This document shows positions 16,940 through 26,353 of a stretch of DNA of 36,756 nucleotides, one piece after another (the first letter of the stretch is position 1; every line of letters starts with the position of its first letter). The stretch is from the IMG/VR virus record IMGVR_UViG_3300030376_004364, one strand, 5' to 3'. The position numbers were made by a program, and so were the translations under genes. Below the pieces are notes generated by a model, which saw only the letters and a list, made by a program, of their open reading frames with translations, made no database searches and was not told the origin of the DNA. This DNA comes from an uncultured virus (IMG/VR IMGVR_UViG_3300030376_004364) (Duplodnaviria; Heunggongvirae; Uroviricota; Caudoviricetes; Crassvirales).

Positions 16940-19900
16940 ATGGCTCAACAAATAAAAAACACATTTCTAAAGTCTAAGATGAACAAAGATCTTGACGATA
17001 GAATAGTGCCTAATGGCGAATATAGAGATGCTCGGAATATATCTGTTGGTAGGTCCGAAGACGACGATGTTGGTGCCCTAGAAAATCTAATAGGTAATAA
17101 TTTAGTTTCAGGAACAGATATTGGCAATGGGCTTACTATAATAGGTATAGAAAATAATAATTCTACAGACCAAATATTTGTTTTTTTAACAGATTATACT
17201 GACCCAGATCCATCTAATCCTACAGATGCTCCGCCTACTTCAAAACATTATATATATGTATATAATAATATTACAGGAGCATATACTCTTTTAGTAGAGG
17301 GTGAATTTTTAAATTTTTCTACTACTAATAGAATAATAGGCATTAATTTAATTGAAAATCTATTGTTTTGGACAGATAATAGAAATCAGCCTCGTAAAAT
17401 AAATATAGGCTTGCAATCGGTAGCAGGCAAAACTTCTCCAAGTTATTACACACAAGAACATCAAATTTCAGTAGCAAAATATAGTCCATATCAAGCCATA
17501 CAATTATATAATAGAATAAATTTAGTGGTTTTAACAGGAGCTACTGCATATTTTCAAGTAGCAGGAGATCAAGTCGCAGCTATAACACCATTTATAGGGG
17601 CAACTGTTGTTTCAGCAGAACAATCCCCCGCTATAACAGGATTGAGTCATATAAAAGTAATAGGGGTTGGCTTAGTAGGAGGTAATACTAGAATTACTGT
17701 TTCTCCTACTCTTCCTGTTGTTCCCGCTGTAGGTACTTATATATCTCTTATTATATCTACAATGACCAATAAAACGGGAGACGACACGTGGCCTGGAGAT
17801 CCTGATTACTTGGAAGATAGATTTGTTAGATTTAGTTATAGATTTAAGTACGACGATAATGAGTATTCTTTAATGGCCCCTTTTACTCAAATTGCATACA
17901 TTCCTAAGCAAGGAGGGTTTTTTATAAATGGTGATGAAGATGCTGCTTATCAATCTACAGTGGTAAATTTTATGGAGAATCATGTCCAAAATATAGGCTT
18001 AGTTATTCCATTACCTACTAACGCTGATCGAATAGTGCGTGATTATAAAATAAGCGAAGTAGAAATATTATTTAGAGAAAGCGATTCTGTAGCAGTTAAA
18101 GTTTTAGAAAGCATAACTGCAGGCGAAATATCAGGAGCTAGTGGAAATAGTAATTATTATACATACGATTATCAATCACGAAAACCTTATAAAACTTTAC
18201 CAGAAGCACAGACTGTTAGAGTTTATGATAAAGTGCCTGTAAGAGCTTTTTCTCAAGAAACTTCAGGTAATAGAATTATATACGGTAATTATAGAGATCA
18301 ACACACTCCACCTTCTAATATAAACTACAATTGTAAAATAACACCTAAAAGTTCTACAGGAACTTATAATAATTGGATAGAATATCCTAATCACTCAGTA
18401 AAAAGAAATAGGAATTATCAAATAGGGTTTGTATTAGCTGATAAATTTGGAAGACAATCCCCGGTTATTTTATCTTCTGTAGATAACGGAATAACCGATG
18501 GCGGGCAATTTTATTTTGGTTCTACAATATATAGCCCTTATGATATATCTGCTACGGATACAAGTGTTAAGGATTGGTTTGGCGATGCTATAATGGTTTT
18601 AGTAAATTCAGAAATAACCTCAACAAAAAACTTAGCAGAAGGTACTCCCGGATTATATGCTTTGAAGCAAAAAGCGGGGACCGGAACAGGGGATGGGTTT
18701 GCTATTAATGGTAATGCAGCAATTGTTGACGATTCTACGTACACGTTTTCTTTAAACAGTACTCCTTTTCCTAACAATAATCATATTCCTAATGTAGGCG
18801 ATTATATGAGAGGCGCTTATGAAGATTTTGTTAAAGTAACTAATAGAACAGGGCCATCAGGAGGTGGGCAAACTTATACCGTTACTACGTCCGGTAGAGT
18901 AAGTGATGTTTATCTACGAACAGATAACTTACCTTCGGGCACGCCTGATTTAAAATTTGCATATAACATAAATGATTTAGGCTGGTATAGTTACAAGATA
19001 GTAGTAAAACAAACAGAGCAAGAATATTATAATGTATATTTACCGGGCATACTTAATGGCTATCCTGGTCAATCGGGTAATGCTAATGATCCAACTGATC
19101 CCGCTACTTTTAACTCTGGAGGATTTGAAAACGGGTTATTTCCTACAGACGAAACTAATGTTACTGCTTTTACAGTTTTATTTAATGACAACATTAATAA
19201 AATACCTAGAGATCTAGCTGAGGTAGGACCTGATCAAAAACAATATAGAAGTTCGGTTACATTGTATGGTAGAGTTACTAATTTAATGACGGTAGATTCT
19301 TCAGGAACAGCGCCTTTTGCAGCCTCTGAACCTTATAATAGTCAATATTATGCTAGAATTAATTCTGAAGGTAAAACAGCAATATCTCATACATCAACTG
19401 CTATAGCCAGAGCGAAAGAGGTTAACATGGGTTATGCTGATTTATCGGATGGCTTTAATTCCCCCGGCTGTAGTACAGCTAATCCTCAGAGCTGTTTAAA
19501 CACAGGACCTGGGTTTGGTAATAAAGTTTTTTATCAAATAGACACAAATCCTTTAATTGCTAGAATTTCTACAATAAATAAACCTATAGGAGCAACTGCT
19601 TTAAATCAGTTTCCTGCAGATGATCTAAACACCCCTAAAGACACTGCTAATATGCTTCCTTATTTAGCAATATATGAAACGGAACCTGTAGAGTCATTAT
19701 TAGATATATATTGGGAAACAACTAGCGAAGGATTAATAGTTGACTTAAATGCAGATGTATTAACGGGAGCAGGTGGAGCTACTTCTTTTAAAGATGTAAC
19801 ATGGGTATTTGATGAAACTACAGCTGCAGGAGCTTTTGTGACTACACAATATTTTGAGCCATTAGATGTTGAAGGAAATCCATTTGGCACACCTGTAGAG

Positions 19901-21892
19901 CGACTTGATTTAGTAGGACAATTTGATGGTGATGGAAATCCAGTAGAATTATTTCAAAGAGTTCTTGGAACTGGTAATAATGCAGGTAAAGCACAATTAA
20001 AATTTTTAGGAGATGCTAATGGACAGTCTTTAGTTTTTACTGCTGCTAGTAGAGAATTAAATGTTTACACGTTTGTATTTGAAATAGAAACTGCAAGCGG
20101 AGATATTTCTGAGCTAACATTAGAAGGCCAAGTGGGTGGCTTTGGAGCATTAAAAAATATAGCTCCTTCTTTTAGTACTTTATCCAATCCCGCAATAACA
20201 AACATAGATTCGGTGGTATTACCAGCGAGTGCTTGGTCAAATGCTGTAAATGGAACAGCATCAACTACTACGAATGCTAATAAAGAAGGTTTAATATATT
20301 TAATGGAAGCTATTCCTGGGGAAATTGATCCTATTGAGGAATACGGTTGGCAAATAGATCAAACTAACGGACAAATAACTCAACCGGTGCCTCCAGCTCC
20401 TGGCACGCCTATTCCAAATGGAATTTATAAAGTGAAAGTAATTTTGCAAGACGCTTACAATGTTGGTGGTGTTGAGGGAGACTATAGCTTTTTATCTTAC
20501 TCGCAAGATATAACTGTAACTATAGGCTATCCTGCTGTTAACCCCGGAGCTCTTTCCGACGCTTTATGTGTGTTAAGTATCACTAATAACATTCCAGGCA
20601 ATCCTACTGCTGGTCCATATTCACAAGCAAATCTAACTTCTATACAAGCTATAGGTACTCCAGCAAATGAAGCCGAACAAGGAAGCGGAAGTACTAAGGG
20701 TGAGCCTTGCACGGGTGTGTGGTATGTTGGAGATCAAGCGTTAACAGTAAACGCTCTAATAGATTCAATAGAAGCTCTTCCTGAAGTAGGAGCAGACTTT
20801 TTAGGTCCGACAAATGAGCAACGAAATTTTAATCAGTTTGGCGGAGGAACAGCTGTTTTTAATAGAATATACAAAATAGGGCCTGGTGGTATTCCTGGAA
20901 ACAACGGAACAGCTCATACATCGGGTACTGTAATGTTTACTATAAATATTGAAGCTACCGCTGGTATTACCGGAGGTGGTGCTACTCCAGGAACAACACA
21001 GTATTTTACAGAAGGCGTTAAATTTTATTATAGAAAAAAGAATGGGGCGGGTATTTATTCGGATTGGGTATTATTAGCAGGACAAGAAGGATTTCCTAAA
21101 GAATATAATAATGCTCTTTCCCTTAACCCTAGCAATGAGATTGGCGGTGATTGGCCTAACGTACCGGGTGAAAGCAACCCACAAGCCCCCGACGGATCTT
21201 CATATTTTAGACAAGAGGGGACACCTTTAACCATACAGTTTGTAAGAGCTTTTGATAAAGCCGATTTTGATACTCCTGAAAATTCTAACCCTGTAGAATA
21301 TTTAATTATTTTAGATAAATTTTCTGAGTCACTTGCAGCTTTACCCCCGGGAGGTCAAGCTCAAGGAGTTGCTTGGGTTACAGCAACGGATGTGCATTAC
21401 CCTACGTGTATTCCTTGGAGAGGACAAAATGCAGCAACGACTAGTAATAATGCATTGCCAAGTGGGTTTAAATCTTATAAATATGAAGCTTCCGCAGGAA
21501 GTTCCAATAGTGTAGCTATAGATAATACTTTTACACAAACTTTATATGCGGATAATCCAATGGGAGATTATGTTAATAATTTTTATACCGATGCATTATT
21601 AACTAATGTTTATTCTCCAACATCTCCTAATGAATATATAAATTATAAATTAGACACAACCACTTTTACTCCCCCTCTTCCAAATTTTAAACTATCCGGT
21701 AAGGGATATTATTTACAATGGATAGTAGGATTAGATAGCACTAGCGGAGTGCGTTTTTCGGGAACTTTTTTTGAGAGAGCAAAATGCTCAATAATAGGGA
21801 CTTATGATGGGGTATCAGGACAACCGTTTCCAACAGGCCCGGGAGGTGGTGGATTTTTTAAAGGAACAACTAGAATATATCAAGATCAATAA
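16940..21892 (+). CDS. Tail stabilization (P22 gp10-like / crAss muzzle-like) protein, N-terminal part with large beta-rich extension
   Basis: KMNKDLDDRIVPNGEYRDARNI, LFWTDNRNQPRKIN, RFSYRFKYDDNEYS, GNRIIYGNY, DKFGRQSPV, DNINKIPRDL, LDIYWET. Confidence 0.8.
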   Translation: MAQQIKNTFLKSKMNKDLDDRIVPNGEYRDARNISVGRSEDDDVGALENLIGNNLVSGTDIGNGLTIIGIENNNSTDQIFVFLTDYTDPDPSNPTDAPPTSKHYIYVYNNITGAYTLLVEGEFLNFSTTNRIIGINLIENLLFWTDNRNQPRKINIGLQSVAGKTSPSYYTQEHQISVAKYSPYQAIQLYNRINLVVLTGATAYFQVAGDQVAAITPFIGATVVSAEQSPAITGLSHIKVIGVGLVGGNTRITVSPTLPVVPAVGTYISLIISTMTNKTGDDTWPGDPDYLEDRFVRFSYRFKYDDNEYSLMAPFTQIAYIPKQGGFFINGDEDAAYQSTVVNFMENHVQNIGLVIPLPTNADRIVRDYKISEVEILFRESDSVAVKVLESITAGEISGASGNSNYYTYDYQSRKPYKTLPEAQTVRVYDKVPVRAFSQETSGNRIIYGNYRDQHTPPSNINYNCKITPKSSTGTYNNWIEYPNHSVKRNRNYQIGFVLADKFGRQSPVILSSVDNGITDGGQFYFGSTIYSPYDISATDTSVKDWFGDAIMVLVNSEITSTKNLAEGTPGLYALKQKAGTGTGDGFAINGNAAIVDDSTYTFSLNSTPFPNNNHIPNVGDYMRGAYEDFVKVTNRTGPSGGGQTYTVTTSGRVSDVYLRTDNLPSGTPDLKFAYNINDLGWYSYKIVVKQTEQEYYNVYLPGILNGYPGQSGNANDPTDPATFNSGGFENGLFPTDETNVTAFTVLFNDNINKIPRDLAEVGPDQKQYRSSVTLYGRVTNLMTVDSSGTAPFAASEPYNSQYYARINSEGKTAISHTSTAIARAKEVNMGYADLSDGFNSPGCSTANPQSCLNTGPGFGNKVFYQIDTNPLIARISTINKPIGATALNQFPADDLNTPKDTANMLPYLAIYETEPVESLLDIYWETTSEGLIVDLNADVLTGAGGATSFKDVTWVFDETTAAGAFVTTQYFEPLDVEGNPFGTPVERLDLVGQFDGDGNPVELFQRVLGTGNNAGKAQLKFLGDANGQSLVFTAASRELNVYTFVFEIETASGDISELTLEGQVGGFGALKNIAPSFSTLSNPAITNIDSVVLPASAWSNAVNGTASTTTNANKEGLIYLMEAIPGEIDPIEEYGWQIDQTNGQITQPVPPAPGTPIPNGIYKVKVILQDAYNVGGVEGDYSFLSYSQDITVTIGYPAVNPGALSDALCVLSITNNIPGNPTAGPYSQANLTSIQAIGTPANEAEQGSGSTKGEPCTGVWYVGDQALTVNALIDSIEALPEVGADFLGPTNEQRNFNQFGGGTAVFNRIYKIGPGGIPGNNGTAHTSGTVMFTINIEATAGITGGGATPGTTQYFTEGVKFYYRKKNGAGIYSDWVLLAGQEGFPKEYNNALSLNPSNEIGGDWPNVPGESNPQAPDGSSYFRQEGTPLTIQFVRAFDKADFDTPENSNPVEYLIILDKFSESLAALPPGGQAQGVAWVTATDVHYPTCIPWRGQNAATTSNNALPSGFKSYKYEASAGSSNSVAIDNTFTQTLYADNPMGDYVNNFYTDALLTNVYSPTSPNEYINYKLDTTTFTPPLPNFKLSGKGYYLQWIVGLDSTSGVRFSGTFFERAKCSIIGTYDGVSGQPFPTGPGGGGFFKGTTRIYQDQ

Positions 21893-21894
21893 AC

Positions 21895-23514
21895 ATGGCA
21901 GCAAATATAGAACTTAAATACTTTAATACATTCTGGTTAAAAAAGGTCAAGACAATAGCGGATGTAGCTCCTGATTTTTCAGCTACCATTGTGTCAGTAA
22001 GTGGTGTTACTTTTACTATTGGTCCGGATTACAAAAACCCTGATGGAACTATAATTGCACCGGCGCCAGCAGGACTAGATGATACAAGAATGAATGTAGG
22101 TCAAGAAGTTTCTATGGCTTATGTAGACGGTATATCAGGTGCTACTGTTAATTATACTTCTACTATAATATCAAAAACAAATGATACTACATTTGTTGTA
22201 GCTGATTCTCCAACTAATTTCACAGGAACTCCTGTAATAACTTTTGGTAAGATAACAAATTTTGACAGTATACCACAAGCTTACCAGGCAACTCCGGCTA
22301 GTGATTGGCTTATAGAAGAATCAAGAATACGAGGAGGGTATAATAATACATCGGTGGATTTTGGAGTTAAGGCTTATATAGTAGAAGACGAGCCAAAACA
22401 ATCACATAAATTTAGTGGGCTTATACACTCTGGTATATTTAATTCTAGAACAGGTATAAACCAAACCAACCAGTTTAGTGTAGGAGAAGACATAACTAGG
22501 ACTATAGATCCAGCTAACGGCTCTATTCAAAAATTATATGCAGAAGATACTAACCTTATTATATTTCAAGAAAACAAAGTAAGTAAGTCTTTAATTGATA
22601 AAGACGCTATATATTCTGCAGAAGGTAATGCTAGTGTTACTAGTCGTAATTTAGTTATAGGACAAAATGTAGCATTTGGAGGAGAGTATGGAATTAGTAG
22701 AGATCCAGAATCATTTGCGGTTAATGGTTATAGAAAATATTTTACAGATAAAGATCAAAATGTAGTTTGTAGATTATCTATGGACGGAATAACAGTAATA
22801 TCAAGCTATGGCATGACTGATTATTTTAGAGATAAGTTATCTACTGCAACATCAGGAGGAATTAAAGGCGGTTGGGATGCACACAATAAACAATATGTGG
22901 TTTCTATTACATCGGAAATTCCAAATCAAAGAGGATCTACCACTGAAAATAATACTTTAGCATTTGATGAAACTGTAAAAGGATGGACTAGTTTCTTTGA
23001 TTATAATCCTAATCATATAATAAGTTTAAATAATGATTACTTTACAGCTTATGCAGGTAAATTATATAAACATTATACACTAGCGCCTAATACAACGGAT
23101 AGAGCTGTATTTTACGGAACTCCATATAATTCTAATGTAACATTTGTATTTAATGGTGCTCCTTCTACAGTGAAAAATTTTCAAACAATAAATTACGAAG
23201 GATCTGACGGTTGGCGCGTGGAAAGCTTTTTTACTAATACAGATACGGCTTTACCTATAACAGAATCAGTATTTGTTACTAGCTTGGAACAAATGCAAAA
23301 TGCTTTGTTAATAAATAGATTTAAAGCTAAAGAAGATAAATACTATGCAGATATTGTTAATAGTACCCCCTCTCAAAATGGAGAGGTTGTTTGGGGATCT
23401 TCATCTTCTGGAATAAAAGGGTTTTTCGGTGAAGTAAAAATGGAAGTAAATAATACAAATACAGGCAAAAAAGAACTATTTGCAGTAAGCACAACTTTTG
23501 TGCAATCATCTTAA
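21895..23514 (+). CDS. Tail stabilization protein, C-terminal part encoded as a separate gene
   Basis: ESRIRGGYN, SGIFNSRTGINQTNQF, GSIQKL, GEYGISRDPESFA, YFTD...RLSMDGIT.IS, GWTSFFDY, KNFQTINYEG. Confidence 0.8.
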   Translation: MAANIELKYFNTFWLKKVKTIADVAPDFSATIVSVSGVTFTIGPDYKNPDGTIIAPAPAGLDDTRMNVGQEVSMAYVDGISGATVNYTSTIISKTNDTTFVVADSPTNFTGTPVITFGKITNFDSIPQAYQATPASDWLIEESRIRGGYNNTSVDFGVKAYIVEDEPKQSHKFSGLIHSGIFNSRTGINQTNQFSVGEDITRTIDPANGSIQKLYAEDTNLIIFQENKVSKSLIDKDAIYSAEGNASVTSRNLVIGQNVAFGGEYGISRDPESFAVNGYRKYFTDKDQNVVCRLSMDGITVISSYGMTDYFRDKLSTATSGGIKGGWDAHNKQYVVSITSEIPNQRGSTTENNTLAFDETVKGWTSFFDYNPNHIISLNNDYFTAYAGKLYKHYTLAPNTTDRAVFYGTPYNSNVTFVFNGAPSTVKNFQTINYEGSDGWRVESFFTNTDTALPITESVFVTSLEQMQNALLINRFKAKEDKYYADIVNSTPSQNGEVVWGSSSSGIKGFFGEVKMEVNNTNTGKKELFAVSTTFVQSS

Positions 23515-23524
23515 ATCAAATTAA

Positions 23525-23989
23525 ATGAATAATGAATTATCAATTAATTTTATAAAACAATTAGAAGTATTACAAAATGTACTTATAGAAAGTAATGAAG
23601 AAGGAATATATGGAGATGGTAAAAATTTAGTTAACAATGAAGAATTCCCCATAACTAATAATTTTACCGACGGATTGTATATGCGCCAAATGAAAATGAA
23701 AGCTGATACTATGGTTATAAGTGCTTTGCACCATACAAATCATTTTTGGTTTTTATTATCCGGCAAAGTAATAGTGCAAGCTGACAATGAAACCGTAGAA
23801 CATGTAGCTCCTTGTTGGTCGTACTCTTTAAAAGGAACTAAAAGATTAATTAAATGTGTAGAAGATTGTGTTTGGATAAACATAATAGCAAACCCTACAG
23901 ATACAAGAAATATAGAAGAGGTGGAGAATAATTTCTTTTCCTTTACAATGGAAGAATATAATAAAAAAGAAAAGTTATGTCAGGAATGA
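23525..23989 (+). CDS. Cupin-like (double-stranded beta-helix) protein
   Basis: FTDGLYMRQM...SALHHTNHFWFLLSGKV...GTKR..KCVEDCVW; His cluster typical of phage cupins. Confidence 0.65.
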   Translation: MNNELSINFIKQLEVLQNVLIESNEEGIYGDGKNLVNNEEFPITNNFTDGLYMRQMKMKADTMVISALHHTNHFWFLLSGKVIVQADNETVEHVAPCWSYSLKGTKRLIKCVEDCVWINIIANPTDTRNIEEVENNFFSFTMEEYNKKEKLCQE

Positions 23990-24813
23990 TCGTAGCCGCC
24001 GGTATAGGGGCGGCAACCCAGATAATCGGCGGAATTATTGGCGGCAGAAAAGCTAAAAAGCAAGCTAGAGCTGCTGCTAGAGAAAAGAAAAGAATTCAAG
24101 GAGCTATAAATGCTTTTGAAAGAAATAGACAAGATGTTATAAATCCTTATTCCGATGTTAAATCTTTAGCTGGTTTAGCTACTGATCTTAGCAGTGAAAT
24201 GTCTAACCCCTACGCAACTTTAGGAGTAGCTACTAGTGCGGCTGAAATAAAAATGGAACAAACTGATTTAGCTTTAGCTGCAACTCTAGATACTTTACAA
24301 GCTACAGGGGCCAGTGCTGGAGGTGCTACTGCTTTAGCAAATGCCGCGGCTCGTAGTAAAAAAGACGTGGCTGCGGATATTGAAAAACAAGAAGCTCAAA
24401 ATGAAAAACTAGCAGCTCAAGGAGAAGCCGATCTACAAGCTAAACAAATAGCTGAAAAAGCTAGAATACAAGGAATACAAATAGCTGAAGGAGGTAGGGC
24501 TCAAATGGCACAAGCACAAGGTGAAGCTTTTAAGTTTCAAGCTCAAGAAGGAAGGGACCAAGCTACCCTTGACAGAATGGCTGCAGGTCTTACCCAGGCT
24601 AGCGCAAATCAAGCTAATGCTAATGCAGCACAAGCAGCTAATACTGCCGCTATGATAAGTGGAATTGGTAATATTGCGGGGTCAGTGATTGGCCAAGGAG
24701 GATTCTCAAAGGGGGTTAATGCCCCCTCACCAGTAGGGGGCAACCTTGTGACTCGAGACGTGGTAGATATTAAACCCGACATACCTCTCACTGAGACAAT
24801 ACAATTTCCTTAA
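23977..24813 (+). CDS. Internal virion / DNA ejection protein 1
   Basis: Gly/Ala/Ile hydrophobic N-terminus (AAGIGAATQIIGGIIGG), basic stretch, Ala/Gln-rich helices and a C-terminal glycine zipper. Confidence 0.7.
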   Translation: MSGMIVAAGIGAATQIIGGIIGGRKAKKQARAAAREKKRIQGAINAFERNRQDVINPYSDVKSLAGLATDLSSEMSNPYATLGVATSAAEIKMEQTDLALAATLDTLQATGASAGGATALANAAARSKKDVAADIEKQEAQNEKLAAQGEADLQAKQIAEKARIQGIQIAEGGRAQMAQAQGEAFKFQAQEGRDQATLDRMAAGLTQASANQANANAAQAANTAAMISGIGNIAGSVIGQGGFSKGVNAPSPVGGNLVTRDVVDIKPDIPLTETIQFP

Positions 24814-24829
24814 TAAAAAAAAATATAAA

Positions 24830-26347
24830 ATGAGTTATAGAAATCCAAAAATAATAGAAGACCGATCTGGCGAAATTTTAGCTAAGGGACTTAGCCAGGG
24901 TATGGCAGGTTTAGCTAAAGGCATAACTGATTTAGGTACGCTTAGAAAAAAAGAAAGAGAACAAAGAAGATTACAACAAGAAAAATGGACTAAGTCTCTT
25001 AATGAGCTTGATCAAAAATTAGCTACAGACCCCACTTATCTTAACGACGGTTATCAAAAACTTGGGAATACCGCTATGGCAGGAGCACAAAGCGCAGGAG
25101 AATATGTAACACAAGGGCTTTACGATATATATAGTCCTACAGTTACAGGAGGTAGATTAGGTAGAGAAGGTGCTCAAGAAGCTCAAAGACTTAAAGGAGA
25201 AATTGGTATTAACAATAAAGCAATTGAAACAGTTATTGGTCATTCTACTTCTTACCCTGATTTAGCAAAAGAGATGAACCATGCTAATAACCGAGAGTTT
25301 TTAGTAACAGACGCCGATGGCAGTACTAATCGTTCTGAAACATTTTTGAAAGCTGTTAACAATATAGAAGGATTTTCTGGAAAGTTTGAGAATAGAAACG
25401 CGGATGGATTATGGTGGGTAGTAACCGGCCCTTACGGTAGTTATGAAGTACCCGCTAGGGATGTTCCTGATACCTACAGTAATCTGACTGCTAATTTTCC
25501 AAATGCTCAGCATAAATTACAAGGAGAAATACCCGCATTGTTTTATGACGAAAAAGGTGATGAGTTTTTGCCTAATTTAACTAACAACGAAGAAATTAAA
25601 AAAGAAATAATTACTAATGACCGAGGTCAAAAAGTTGTAGAAACTAAGCAATTTTTAAACGATACCGTTGTTAATACAAAAAGAGAATCACTAATGAACA
25701 CTACATTAGGGGTTATAGACGGCGCAAAAACCAATAAACAAGCTCAGGATACATACTTAGATGATTTAGCAATAGTAGATGAAGATGGAGCACCTGTATC
25801 TTCCGAAGACTGGCAAAAGTTAGATTCTACAAAAAAACAAGAATATGTTTATTCTTCTGTAGATAAAACATTTTTTAAAGAAACCGAAATTAAAGAGATA
25901 GATCCTGGAAATCCAAGACAAGGTTATTATAGATCAACATTTTCAAAACCTATTGTAGAAGATAAAAAAGGAAAAAAAATAGGTTCAGCTGAGCAAACTT
26001 TGATAGATTTAAAAGAAGATATAACAACTCAATTTGCTCAAGATATACCTATAGAAAAAGCAGTAGATTTAGCTTTAAATTTAGGAGATGATGTGGTTTT
26101 TACACAAAATGGGTTTACAATAGACTTAGGAGAAGATGAAGATGCTATAATAGAAGAAGGAAAACCTGCTAAAAGAAAATTAAAATCCTACACTTACAAC
26201 AGTGAAGATCCTATTAAAAATAAAGAAGCACAAAATAAGTTAATTGATTTAGTAAGAAAAAAATATTTTAGCGGGCAAGGAGGATATCCTAATGCCGCCA
26301 AATTGGTTAAAGACTTACTTAAAAAATACAAAGCAAAAACAAATTAA
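24830..26347 (+). CDS. Internal virion / ejection protein 2 (putative)
   Basis: Lies between the small and giant ejection proteins; amphipathic helical N-terminus. Confidence 0.55.
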   Translation: MSYRNPKIIEDRSGEILAKGLSQGMAGLAKGITDLGTLRKKEREQRRLQQEKWTKSLNELDQKLATDPTYLNDGYQKLGNTAMAGAQSAGEYVTQGLYDIYSPTVTGGRLGREGAQEAQRLKGEIGINNKAIETVIGHSTSYPDLAKEMNHANNREFLVTDADGSTNRSETFLKAVNNIEGFSGKFENRNADGLWWVVTGPYGSYEVPARDVPDTYSNLTANFPNAQHKLQGEIPALFYDEKGDEFLPNLTNNEEIKKEIITNDRGQKVVETKQFLNDTVVNTKRESLMNTTLGVIDGAKTNKQAQDTYLDDLAIVDEDGAPVSSEDWQKLDSTKKQEYVYSSVDKTFFKETEIKEIDPGNPRQGYYRSTFSKPIVEDKKGKKIGSAEQTLIDLKEDITTQFAQDIPIEKAVDLALNLGDDVVFTQNGFTIDLGEDEDAIIEEGKPAKRKLKSYTYNSEDPIKNKEAQNKLIDLVRKKYFSGQGGYPNAAKLVKDLLKKYKAKTN

Positions 26348-26353
26348 AATAAT

